From contig JAAILG010000796.1 of assembly GCA_012026655.1 (NCBI GenBank), positions 1-64,000 of the forward strand: 64,000 nucleotides of DNA, given 5' to 3'. The notes below the pieces were generated by a model that was given only the letters and a program-made list of their open reading frames with translations, had not been told where the DNA came from and ran no database searches. This document shows positions 1 through 12,304 of the stretch, piece by piece. The translations under genes were made by a program, and so were the position numbers. The stretch is from Hydrolagus affinis. Its lineage: Eukaryota. Position 1 is the stretch's first letter, and each line of letters starts with the position of its first letter.

Positions 1-105
1 CCGGCAATATCATTGAAAATGCTTCCATTTTTTTTCACCAAGAAAAGGTCAAAAGTGGGGGGTGCGCCTTATACGCGAGTGCGCCTTATATGCGGGTATT
101 TACGG
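1..105. mobile_element. Terminus of a Tc1/mariner (Tc2/pogo-like) non-autonomous DNA transposon
   Basis: gtgcgccttatacgcgagtgcgccttatatgcgggtatttacgg followed by TA (106-107): repeated subterminal motif, CCGTA-type end and TA target, typical of Tc2-type TIRs. Confidence 0.7.
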
Positions 106-107
106 TA

Positions 108-190
108 TGTTATTGAGGGATTATTATCGGGCGTGTGGAGTAAGGACACCTGCTCTAGCTTTCGCCATGACCTGCCGGTAATCGAATCCA
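108..190 (-). mobile_element. 5' part of tRNA-derived SINE, interrupted by the Tc2-like element
   Basis: Reverse complement matches the 5' half of the SINE copies at 31374 and 40493. Confidence 0.75.
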
Positions 191-1446
191 AGTATTGTGC
201 TGAATGTACAGTACTATACATACTATTGAATATGTTTTAAAACCTGGCTTAAAAATAAGTTATTTCTGAATAACCATGATATATTTCTTCAATGGAAGTT
301 TGGACCAGATGATCACTATTGTTGTTCTGTGATGCATGTTTTAGCGCAATTGTGATGTGTGCACTTGAAACTCTCTGTCCTTCAAGAACAGAGACAGGGG
401 AAAGCTTGATTTTAAAAAACACCCTTTACAGAAGCTTTCTAAATCATCTTTTAGCTTTGTTTATGCTCTTTTGTCGATAATCTGTTTCCGAACATTTCCA
501 ATAAAATGCCTTACTTCAACAATAATAATACTCCTTGTATTTAATGTAGCACTTTATCCCATCATTAAGATGACTTGGGACATCCTCCCAACATGAAAGG
601 CGATCTATAAATGTAATTTTGTTGTTGTTTCAAAACGCTTCACAGTATATTACTGTAAAGTAGAGCAACTGTGTATTTTATGGATGAAGTATCAGAGCTT
701 GTACTGTTGGGGTAGTGGAGCAACAGTGGAGATTGTGCAGGTGAATATCAAGCAGAATCCAAGGTTGAGGGAGACTTGGTTCCGTTTAACAGAGCCCCAA
801 ACCCCTCTCACTCCAGAGTGAAAGATTCTTGCAACCCAGATGATCAACTCGAATTATTGACTGCTCTCGCTCACAGTTAGTAGCTTGCTTCCTTATTTGT
901 TCACCATTATCGACTTCAAGAGGGGATGAAATAATTCATGCGTGCAGTGTTCAGCAGGCTCAAGATCAGGTGGAACAAATTTTGCCAGTAGAAGAAAGCT
1001 GGTATCCTGGGAGATTGATTTCATTTTCTGAGTTGGAACGAAAGAGCCATTCACCATACTTAAGTCCGATTTTAATGCCTGGGATATACTTAATGCAGGT
1101 TGCAGACTTAACATTGGTGAAGTTAATTTGACTTCAATTTCACAACTTAAAAGTCACATTTGTTTCGGAGTTGCTTCATTGAAAGATGAAACAAACAACG
1201 GCTTCATTGGAGATTGGTCAGTTTGTTTCGGGTTTGTCCTGGTGGATTGAAGACGGGAATTTGTCTCTGCCCAAGGTTGGTGATCTGGAACAAAGGCATG
1301 AGGACCGTTGGTGTGGCTTGGGACTTGTAATGGGGTTAGCAAGCAACACATCGCCCACAAAATATGCAGTTAATTTACTTATACAGTTGCAGGAAGATCG
1401 CCTATACAGTTATACAGTAGCAGAAAGATCACAATACAGTATACAA

Positions 1447-1797
1447 TAGGGTCCGTCAATATGGAAATTTTCCGATTTAGATATATCGATGGGCTCATAT
1501 CGAAATATTCCGAAATATCGATATTTTCGGGTTTTTTCGTACTGCGGGTGATTTTCTTGCATGTCCATGAAAATAGAGTTGCCAACATTGCACATCCGAG
1601 TGAATCTACTTCAAGCAATGATATTGGCACTGAGCATCTGGACGTATACGCAGTGATTATGGGGAACTTTGCATGCTGGATGGAAGTTTCTCCAGTTTAT
1701 CAGTATGACTCAATTTCAACAATAGCAATTCTTACCCATTAGCGTGAATTTTTTGCACTTTCATATCTAAGGACATCTATTGAACCGTGGAGCCCTA
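1447..1797. mobile_element. Possible degenerate hAT-like DNA transposon relic
   Basis: Starts TAGGG and ends CCCTA, with CpG-rich repeated (C)GATAT/ATATCG subterminal motifs at 1460-1535. No 8-bp TSD is recognisable. Confidence 0.35.
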
Positions 1798-1874
1798 CAA
1801 ATGTACAGCACTGTAAAATAACAGCAACAACAAAATTACACTTGTATGGTGCTTTTCATGCCAGCCGGGCCCCC

Positions 1875-2160
1875 AGTAGAAGGCCATTCAGCTTGTCATA
1901 TCTGTGTCGGCTGTTTGAAATAATAGTCTTGTTGTTGTTTCCCTCACACCCCTTTTCAGAAATCTTCTAGTTTCTGAAGTAATGGATCTTGCCTCAACCA
2001 TTCAACCCCAGTCAGGAGTTCCGCATTGAAACAGCATTCTGCACAAAAATGGAATCCTCCTCATCTCCTCCTTGCGAAATTTTCTTAAACTGATACTCTC
2101 CACTCACTGTCCAGTGGAAATCATTTCTCCACATTGACTCTAACCAACCTCCTCTTAATA
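1875..2160 (-). mobile_element. Degenerate CR1 LINE 3' fragment
   Basis: aggccattcag.. tail motif and weak similarity to the CR1 copy at 16594-17196. Confidence 0.45.
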
Positions 2161-4229
2161 TTAAAGTGTAAGATTGCCAATTTAGTTGCAAATTCTGTGA
2201 CATTCCTTTGAAGCGCTCTGAGACGCCGCTTGGCATGGAGGGCGCTATATAAATCAAAGTTGTGGTTGTTGTTCATATGGACGGGGTTATCGCAGAGCTC
2301 GGACTCACTGGGAACCTCATTTAACATTGGGCCCCTTGCAGCCTTTGAAAAGAGACTTTCTTTCCATAAGTCTAGGCTACATTCAAACCAAGATCCCTGA
2401 GGAAAAGGGATCATCTGCACATCCACATCACCACAGCATCTCACCAACCCCTCCTCACCAAAACACATGGTAATCACAGCATCTCAGGTCTTCAGATCCC
2501 TTGGTAAATGTGGATCTTTGGACGGACAGTGTTAAATGTTCCACACATGTTTTGTTTCTTCAATAAAAAAAAATGTGCCTGTGGTGAAGTGCACTCATTT
2601 TAAACCAGAAGAATCCTTTTATTTTTTTTTGCAAACTGGTTTATCTTAATCCTTGAGACCCAAAATGACAGGCGAGTTACCATCCATCTTGGGTTATTAA
2701 TTAAATCGAATAACATAATGGTAATGCACTCAATAATCTGACGTTCCTTGTGTTGAACATTTGACATCTTTATCCCTTCCAGAGTGCGAAAGTATTTTCA
2801 ATGGAAACCATCCCCGTAATCTTCGTGTTCCAGAACAATTTCATCTCCACACTGAAGTGTATTGATTGTTACTACGATGCAATTTACAGAGCAGCTTTGA
2901 AGTCAGATGGGGTAATATCGAGTGGGGCTTATCAATATTGTCTGCTTGACACAAACCATTTTGCACTGATTTAACGGCAAAACGAGAAGTTCTGCATTTT
3001 GGTAAAGAAAGGAATTAATGACCGAATTAGCTGAAAGAGCCTTGGATTTGTCACGCTTACTATTGTCAATGCTCAGTACTGTACAGTAGAGATTAAGCAG
3101 GCTCCTCTTGGCAATGACTAAATTGCATTTGTACATTTGAAGTCTGAGATAAATGGATATAGCCGAATGTGCAAAGCAACCTTTTCATTCAAATCGCTGA
3201 GCTACTGGTTGCTGGGAGTTCGATGGTCTCTCACCCAGTTGGTCATTCTTCAAGTTGTGTCAAGCAGACCTTTGGATAATGTGATGGTCATGTGATGGTC
3301 CTGAACTTATGTCCACACCTGGACACTTTTTGGCAAGTGTCACTACATGTTGTGCAGGAGCCAGATCCCTGTCTGATTTCCCCCAACGCAAGGCTGCTGC
3401 TGCTGCCAATTGAAGGACCTCACACACTGCTCTCTGGCTTACCAGCCACAAATCAGGAAAGAAACTGCGATCATTTGCCCTGACTTTGTCCATGCTTTAC
3501 AAGCTGATTGATAACGTTGAGAGAGATGTGGACCATTATTGACAACCTGTGTTTTTAGCCGGCAGAAGTGCACAACCAAGTGAGGAACCCGAGGTAGATA
3601 ACAAGTTCTGGTGGTAAAGGAAAAGGGATTACAGATGGTTCAAATTGGCTGCTGATTGAGAACCACTGCTTTCAATATCCAGCAAGGCTTTCACCATCTT
3701 ATCATGGCTGAAAACCCAATTGGAAGGAATAATTGCAAGCAGCAATTTGACATCTGCTCGCATTCTCTCGTACCCGGTGTCTAAATCCCGAACTTTGCTA
3801 TTTTCTCCTTTTCTCTTCTGTCACCTGTATTGTTAGCTTGGCAAGGAACGTGGGACGTCCTCCTGACGTGAAAGGCACTAACAGTGCTAGTCATTTGGAC
3901 CACCCCGACCTAGAATAATGTCCTGGCAGCCGTTTACAGTGTCTGGATTGCACGCCGAGAAGGGTGACTGACAGGTTTCCACCTGTATCAGACACCCAAC
4001 TGACCAAAGATAGGTCTCTCCGTGTTCATTACGCGATGGCTAAAAATCAATCTGTGTGTTTTTTTTAATAGGAAACACAAAACAGATGGCTATTTCTGGT
4101 GATGAGAGTTAAGTCTGACTCAGGGCATGTCAGTGCACCATTACATGACTGCAGCAGCTTGTCAGCAAGACACACTGCTGAGCAGCTGGTGACAGTCAGA
4201 GGTGGCTTTAGAGGAAAAGAAAATTAGGG

Positions 4230-5400
4230 AAGGAGGAGGGGGGTGGGGGGAGAAGAAGAGAATGTAGACCGTGCACGACCCCCCAACACACTTGTTTACT
4301 GCTTCTGGGAACCGAGGAAGGATCTTGGTTTGCAATGTTGGGGTTGCTCACTGTGATAGTATGGGAGGTTCAGGTCGGCGATTGGCTGTGAGCTGCTCTC
4401 CAGCTCACTGATAGAGAGGGTCAGACATTCATTCATCGCTGCCTCTGCTGAGTGAATCCAGTCTGGCTGTTTCAGGTCTCTGTTTACACGGCACCTTTGT
4501 TTAATAGCGCAGCATCTTCGGAAAGGTAATTGCAAAGCCTTTGTTTCTCGTGTCAAACCTAATGGGGTGACAGCATTTCCTCATTGACAGCAAAATAGAT
4601 CATGATGTATGTGTGTGTGTGTGTTTGTCTCTCTCTCTCAGACGCTGTCCTGTGTGATTAAGCCTTGCACCATTTTATATAAGCCTTCAGAGAGATGTGG
4701 AGGTCCCAATTATCAGTGTGACTGCGAGAGAACCATTAAAGGGGCATGCCTTTACTAGGGGAACTGTACGCTCGGAAGGCTTTCTTTCGGGAGAGGAAAA
4801 AGAGCCACGCATTAATTTTGGTTAACATAAAAACGGTTTTGTGGCAGGAGCGAGTACGATGCAAAAATGCGTCTTGGATGTCACTGTGTGTTGGTAAACG
4901 AGCCTGGATACGCTGAGCTTCACTTCTCAAAGCTGCTGATGATTTCCCCTTTAATTGGGGGGTGGTGCGGTGGGCGGGGGGGAATTCTGTCCGCAGATTT
5001 GTATTCCCGGAGTTCCCAGGCAGTGGGTGTGTGAGAGAGTCGTGTGTTTTTAATTCCCAGTCCCTGCTCCACCATCGGGAAGAACCTCTCTCACATGTTT
5101 GAAATAAGTTGANNNNNNNNNNNNNNNNNNNNNNNNNNNNNNNNNNNNNNNNNNNNNNNNNNNNNNNNNNNNNNNNNNNNNNNNNNNNNNNNNNNNNNNN
5201 NNNNNNNNNNNNGTTTCTTCCCCCGTTTCACGTTCGCGTCCTGCATTTGCGCTGCGGTGGGTGTGATTTCTCCCCAGCCGCACACCGTGGAGGGGGGGGT
5301 GGGGGACCCTCTGTGTATCGTTTTGATCTCTAATATACGCGGTGGGCAGATGCTCGAGTGTGTTTCTGACTCGCTGCGTGAGTCATGATTTAAACGAGAG
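4230..5400 (+). promoter_or_regulatory. CpG-enriched probable promoter/first-exon region of the NRCAM-like gene
   Basis: Many retained CpGs relative to the surrounding sequence. G-rich Sp/KLF-type tracts (4232-4250, 4957-4982, 5290-5305), reverse CCAAT (ATTGG 4381), two TGTTTAC forkhead motifs (4293, 4481), TGAGTCA at ~5379 and a donor-like AAG|gtaatt at 4525/4526. Confidence 0.55.
5113..5212. other. Assembly gap (100 N)
   Basis: Run of exactly 100 N, a typical placeholder for a gap of unknown size. Confidence 0.99.
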
Positions 5401-5815
5401 AGATTAGTTGAAAAGTCAAGTATAAATTCCAGCCACGACTCTTGTATTAGTCAATGATTATTAACGTCCTGGGCACAAACATTGCCTGTGTGTGTCTTTG
5501 CAGCGGCGACCCAAACAAAAACAACATTGCTGACGACAGTAAAGTTCAGTTGGCAGATGTAATTGTAGGGAGGGAACAAAAGAGAGCTCTCCCCGCTGTA
5601 GTTCTCCATGCAATGGGAACTTGGTAACAAAACGCAGTCACAGGCTAAATTGGGGATTGGTGCTTCATCATTCTGCCTCAACACCTCTCTGCCTCACTGC
5701 TCGGCGTGACTTGTCTTTTGACATTTTCCACAAAGGTTACTTTCCCTGAGATGAGGAACCTCAGCTGTCTGGACCGTGTCCCTTATCCACCCAGCCACTG
5801 TATTTCATAGAAATG

Positions 5816-6335
5816 CAACAACGACAACAACAAGATTGTACTTGTATAGTAGCCTTTCGCATCGGGAGGGCGTCTCAAAGCGCTGAACAGTCAGGTCGGG
5901 ACCGAGGTGTGGTGGGAGGGGGGGAGGGCGGGGGTTGGTGGGAGGAGTAGGGGAAGGGGAAAAGGGGAAGGAGAGTGGGAGATGGGGAAGAGTGGGGGAA
6001 CCGAAGGCGCGGTCGAAGAGGAAGGTCTTGAGACCGGCCTTGAAGGAGGAAAGGGAGGAGGCAAGGCGGAGGGGCTGCGGGATGGAGTTCCACAGTGTGG
6101 GAGCAGAGAGGCTGAAAGGTGGACGCGGAGCTCCCAGTGGACGCGGAGCAGGCCTGAGTCTGCTGAACGGAGGGGGCTGGCAGGCTGATAGGGAGACAGC
6201 AGGTCAGAGAGATAGGCGGGGGAAAGGCCATGAACGGCCTTGAAAGTGAGGTCGAGGATCTTGAATTCGATCCTCTGGGGGATGGGCAGCCGATGGAGAC
6301 GAGCGAGGGTGGGAGAGATGTGGTGCACAGCGCAG
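5816..6335 (-). mobile_element. L2-clade LINE 3' fragment
   Basis: ORF 5891..6346 gives LARLHRLPIPQRIEFKILDLTFKAVHGLSPAYLSDLLSPYQP..LRS, the typical L2 ORF2 C-terminus; (ttg)n-type tail at ~5816-5832. Confidence 0.9.
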
Positions 6336-6397
6336 AAGGAGGCCATTCAGACACTTGAGTCTGCACTTGCTCTCAGAAGCAAGTCGTTCTTTCGATC

Positions 6398-6626
6398 AAA
6401 AACAGAGGTCGCTGGAAACACTCAGCAGGTCAGGCAGCATCTATGGAGAAAGGAAAGTGAGTCCACGTTTCAGGTCCACTCCCCTTCGTGTGTATAGTTC
6501 TGAAATGTTGACTCACTTTCCTTTCTCCACATCCTTTCTCCAGATGCTGCCTGACTTGTTGAATGTTCCCAGTGACTTCTGTTTTTTGTTTCAGATTTCC
6601 AGCATCTGCAGTATCTTGCATTTTGT
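6398..6626. mobile_element. Palindromic Penelope-like element terminal repeat (inverted pLTR pair)
   Basis: Arms 6398-6473 and 6500-6586 are imperfect reverse complements; ends in ccagcatctgcagta. Resembles the common shark Penelope-type repeat; a second copy lies at 49711. Confidence 0.65.
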
Positions 6627-9315
6627 CTTTCAATCACACTGCCCAGCCACGGCCTTATACTCCTTCCGGCCTCTACCCCTCATTTCGTTCGACTGGTTAT
6701 TTATTCAATATAAACAATAGACTTTCCTCCACTGACCATTTTTGACATTAGCTGTTTAGAAGATGAGTTGTGAAGAATGACTCGATGAGCTGAACCTCTT
6801 TGCTTTTGAGAAGAAACGTCTCTGAAATTCTATGAGCGATGCAAAACAGGCCTAAGAAATGTAATCCAAAGCAAAACTTTGCCACTTGCTCAGCCAGCAA
6901 AATAATGGGACACAAATTAAGGATTGCAAAAGGGCAATTTTTGGACAGATGCCAGAAAGTGTTGCTTCTCATTTCACGGTAACACACTTAGCCACAGTTC
7001 AAGTTCCAATCTTTGTCAGCAATGCTTATTAATAGCAAAGTGTTTCTTCTAAACTTGAAATTTTTATTCACTTACTGTTGTAGTTGTACTGGTTCTATTT
7101 GATAGATGGAGTTTGTCTTCTTCCTCTTGCTCGGATGCCAGCTAGATTGCCTGTCTCTCTTTGCCCAATAGACCATTCTTCCTGAGTGTCAACAGACTAT
7201 TCATTGATCAATACATTGTTGTTATACTCAATCTTGCCTTCTCGTCAAGATAGCTGCTTTCTAGCAGGAGTTAGTGTGTGATGAGATAGGATGCTGACTT
7301 ACACCAACCACTCCCCATACTGTGAGTTTACCTGAAGCTGTGATCCTGGAGAGTCACGGTGCTGGCTCGTACCCAGTCACACCATCAGAGCACAGGCCTT
7401 GCAGTGTGTGAAGAAAGAACAGCAATGGAGGTATGTGATTCTTTGTAACAACAGGAGGCTGGATCAAGGATCATCATTTGGAGATGTTGGGGGGAAGGGA
7501 AGAGAGAGAGAGAGAGAGGGGGGTGGGGGGGAGTCTGACAACCTGTTGCTGCCCTCCCTTTGCCAGAGCACGAAGTGATCAAAAGCTGGAGAAATTGTGA
7601 ATTAATTAATGTGACAAATACATAAGTTGATGCTTTGACTGAAGATTTAATGTGCTTAAGCCCTGATTCAGTCAATTAATTTTTATGTTAAAGTTTTCAA
7701 TATTGGAGATTGTGTTCTGAAAGGAGAGGGGGTGTGGGAGGAGAGAGAAGCACACATCAGCCTTAACAAACAGTTGAATGATTTCAGGGCTTTTAGCTTT
7801 TAGCCAGAATTGCAAACGCTGCCTCCAGTAACCATTGACAACCAGAGACAACCCTTTCTAACGCTGTATTTCATTACTGCCTCCGAGCAATTTAAATTCT
7901 GTGCTGTAACAGCTGCTGAGGTTTGGTACCATGTTTGAGGACTGTCGTTTCCAGCTGCAAACCAGCAACAAATGAAATAATCTCAACTATGTCAGTGTCT
8001 TTGGTCGTCCACGGGTGACGCTTTCAATAGTTTTCGACCATTGTATTTCACAGAGTCATTCACATGCTGGTTACAGTATTTTACACTGGGTAGTGTTTCA
8101 CACAGTTGGTCAAAAGGTAGCTTCAGTATTTACAACTCTTGCTTATGATGTCTTTAGTCACTAAGCTTCTAACATCCTGATCCTCACCTTCATCCTCCCG
8201 ATATGAAGGCCTCTATACAAATGTAATTTTGTTGTTGTTGCTTTCCCTTGCTCAGTCTAACCTGCCTCTTCAGTTCTCCAAGACACTCTCCTGCATTGCA
8301 AGCACTATATAAATTCAAATTGTTGTACAATGCAGAAATTCTCATCCCATCTAACCCAAATGCTAGTCTTTCAGAATAAATCAAAGATCTGCGATATAAT
8401 TTGGTAGCTGGAGTGGGTTAAATGCCAAGGTGCAGTGTTGGACATGTTAAGGATTTTTGGAATTGGTGGTGTTTTGTTGTATTTGAGGACTTTGTCATGG
8501 TTTATCATGGATTATTTCCATAACACTCTGATCCAGGATAGTTTTTAAAATAAAGTTATGGCAAAAGTGTTGACTGGTGGGATTTCTTTACAAACAAGGA
8601 ATCCTGAACTTTGAGCTCAGTCTGAGGTTCTGGCAAAGCCAGTGCATTATCATGAGTGGAAAAGAAGGCATGTTTAAATAGTATGGGAGAGACGGAGAGA
8701 TGGGAGAAAGCTGCCCCTAATTTCTGGCACAGTTGCTTTTCTTTGAGTGAAGGACACTTTGGACTGAAACATTTCATCCAGTGTGTTAAGCTAAAAGGGC
8801 CATTGTCTACAGAATACACAGTGTTACAATGAAGGGCTTTCAAACATGTGTTGTGCGCTAACAGATACTTGTGCTTAAAACTAAATCAAGCGGCCATTCA
8901 TAAAAAAAAACTATAAGTGGAAACACCCAAGTGAGGAAAAGTGAAGTTGTAGGAACTGGTGAATCGTAACATTAGCTTGGATTTACACAGTGCCTTGCAA
9001 GCAAAGATAAAAAATCTTCAAGTGTTTTGCAAAATGTAATCAAAACAAGAGTGGATGTTGCCACACAGGTATACACTGTGTGCAAATTGGCTGCCATCTT
9101 CACCACAAAATACACAGTCGCAACACTTTATAATACACCCTGTGAAGTGCTTTTAGATATCCTCCTGATGTGAAAGGTGTTGATGGTAAACCTAATTACT
9201 GTATTATGAATAATGCAGTTGCTAATCTGTCCCTCAAACAATGGAATGAGTGGCCAATTCATTTGAAATTGAGGGTAAATTTACATTAGGAAACGCATTT
9301 AGTAACCCTGAAAAG

Positions 9316-9683
9316 CAGTGGTTCCCAACCACGGGTCCCGACCCAAATCAGGGTCGCGGGGGGAGCTCAGTAGGGTCACGAAGGGTCATCTGAATTTTTT
9401 TTTCTTCTTTTAATGTTGAAAATGATTTTTTAATGCTTAAAAAAAGCTTTTAACGCTAAAAGAAAACGACACCTCCAACCAGTTTGTATAAAGAGCGTAC
9501 TTACCAGTTGCGCTGAGTCTGCAAACTAAATGGAGAAAACGTTTTGGCTGAGCTGAGCTTCAGTCGCGATATCGCCCTCTTGTGAAGGAGGACCTGTTGG
9601 AGGCTAAAGCAAAAAAAATTTGGGTCGCATGGACCTGCTGGTGGTTAATTTAGGCCTGAGCAATAAAAGGTTGGGAACCACTG
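9316..9683. mobile_element. hAT (Charlie/Buster-type) MITE
   Basis: Perfect 15-bp TIRs CAGTGGTTCCCAACC / GGTTGGGAACCACTG, gggtcgc/gggtcac subterminal motifs, and a degenerate 8-bp TSD ctgaaaag / ccgtaaac (5/8). Confidence 0.85.
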
Positions 9684-12020
9684 CCGTAAACCAATGAGTG
9701 TAAGTTTTGTTTTACATGCAGAGTTGACCGTAAGATGTTCATTTGATGCCGTCATTGTGTCATATACATTTTTAAAACTTTGAGTGCGGAGCTCAATTTT
9801 CAAGTCGGACAAGATTCCTAATCATCTCCCAAATATAATTGTTAAATGTGTCAAACAAAAATGCTTTTATTCCGCTTTGTAGATTTAAACCTCAGCAATA
9901 CTTGACACCAGTTTGAGTATTAATTTTTACTGTGAGTATTCATTTTCTAGTTTTTAGCTCAATCCATTTGTCTGCCTCTCCTGTGACTCCACATATCCTG
10001 ATTCTAGCCACAAGTCTATTGTATTGCACCTTCTACAAATCCACAAACGCCATTTCCTTCATCTGCTTTACCTCTTGATAAGGTTGGTCAAGCTTGACCT
10101 TGCTATTACAAATCCATGCTGGCTGCATTTTATTAAATTCTCATTCTCTGGTTGCTTTGTTATTTCATTCTCAATTGCAGACTGCAATTCCTTGCTCACT
10201 TCAATTTTGCTGGTCAACATTTTCTTGAATTATCTCTACCTCCTCGTAAAAATGAGTTTTGTAGTTGCCACTCTTCAGTTCTCTGTTTCTGACATGTTCC
10301 TGATTATAAGGTTTCATGATTTGGAATTTCAGGGATCAGTGCATAAAAGTCCTGTGATAATATAATAATCCTGGTAAAATATAATGCCTTATTACATTTT
10401 AAAGTGTATTACTGACATGCTTGTTAAGGAATTCATTTTATGAAAAGTTGTTATTCATCACACTCTATGTACAGTACTTTTTTTTATAGCAGAGTAAACA
10501 ATTGCCCAAACAAACTGTAATAGATGAAAAAGTTTAATTTTGAAAAGTTGTGGGTTCCTTCCCCCACCTCCTGTGTTGTCCGGAACAGTTTGACTGTATT
10601 GCGGAAATGCATTCAAAGTCTTCATTTATTTAATAATTCAGCTCATTTAAATGACAAAGCTGCTGGTTTTGAATGTGAAAAGTGCATATATCTAATGCAA
10701 AGTTAGACTGTACAGCAGTTAGACTGTATGTTAGACTCGTGCTACTTTCACGTTCTTAATTATTATCTCAGTGAAAGTTCAGGAGAGCCCAATGGTAATG
10801 GCTTTGGCTATGACTCTGCACTCAGCAAAGTAAAATAGGCCATTGCCATTTTTGCCTGGTGTTACTGTTTTCGCTGCAGGCATCTTTCCTGTCCTCTCCT
10901 GTGCACAAAATGTGCTTCTGATGACACTATTGCACAGGAAGTGATGTTAATGACAACCAGAAGACCCAGAGATATTGTTTTAACAGGGTGAGAGAAGGAA
11001 CCAGAAATTAACTCAGAAATAGATATCTATTTCTCCAATGGGTCACTTGCAATTCACATGGGTTTCTTATTTTTATTAACTAAATCTATTCAACAACAAC
11101 AGCTTGCATTTACAGTATATAGTGCTCTTTTTTTTATTTATCCAAAAGGCTTTTTATTTCAAACTGCGAAAAATGTCAATGTCTGAGACTCCACTACAAT
11201 TTTGACAGGAACGTTGCCATTGTACTGCAGTTCAGTGCACATTGTCGTCAATTGTGAATCTCCTTTCTGAGCAACACATTCACAAACTGGTGTCTAAATT
11301 TGCAGTGGATTCTCTGACAAAGTAAGTCAGAGCTCTGCACGTTTGTGAGACACTGCAATCACTCCTGTGACATGTTTTGAGATGCTACATTCAATTGCAA
11401 GAATTATTCCCAGGATTGTAAATAATAATAACTTGATTTTATACAGCGCTTAATCATATCTTCAAGACATCTCAAAGTGTTTCATGTAATATGAATTAAC
11501 TGTATATTTTGAGGTTGAAATGTGACAGCTAATTGCGCACCACAGTGCAGACATAGATTGAAGTTACCACAGGGTAATTAAATTCCTGTGGCACTAATGT
11601 AAAATCAGGACATGTGTACAACTGTATGTGTATTCAGCTTGGTGCCCTATGCATTGCCACTGTTTAGAAAATAATAATGAGCCCTTCAGGTATAATATGA
11701 AGAATGGAGAACCAATTCCTTTGGCTTTTGGCATGTCATTTCATTTCTTTTGTCTGAGACTGAAGCCCTTAATTCTGAATGTGATCTGTCTTGTCGTTTG
11801 TGATTTGATGTATCACTTGGCTTCTCCAAAAGATGTCTGCCTGCCTGCCATGCATGAACTACCTTTTTCTGCTCTGTACATTGGGTGTGATCATTGTGAC
11901 GTCTGGCGTAAATGAGAGAATTGGGTAAGATGTGAAACATTAAACTTCAGCCTAGATCAGTCAGATTGCTACAGGAAGAAGTGGAGATCACAGCTCATTA
12001 TGTGGCTTTCCATTTTATAG

Positions 12021-12304
12021 CTTGGGGGTGCAGGATTCAGAAGACAGATCTATCAACCGATTGCTAACAGCTGTATGTTTGATTTCTATTCCTCTTGGGA
12101 ATTCAGTGATTTCCACTTGCTTGGATTTTTACCCAGAAACTGGCCGTCTTCAAGTGCGCTCTCTTCACCAGGCTGTGTTATCAAAGAACACTCGTCCATA
12201 TCTGCTGTCTCTTTAAAATATTCTGCTTCTATTTACAGGATTTTGTATGAAGCCATTCTGCGAAGGACAAGCTTAGTCGTGAGCCTAATCACAAGTCTCG
12301 TTTG
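12021..12304 (+). other. Candidate 5'-UTR exon (alternative acceptors at 12021 and 12239)
   Basis: Acceptors ctttccattttatag (ends 12020) and ttctgcttctatttacag (ends 12238), consensus donor TTG|gtgagt at 12305, in non-repetitive sequence. Confidence 0.4.

Noticed and set aside
1186-1449. ATG-initiated 87-aa ORF with a possible donor near 1327
   Set aside because: No recognisable protein similarity and weak splice signals.
5050-5333. ORFs spanning the N run
   Set aside because: Artefacts of the assembly gap.
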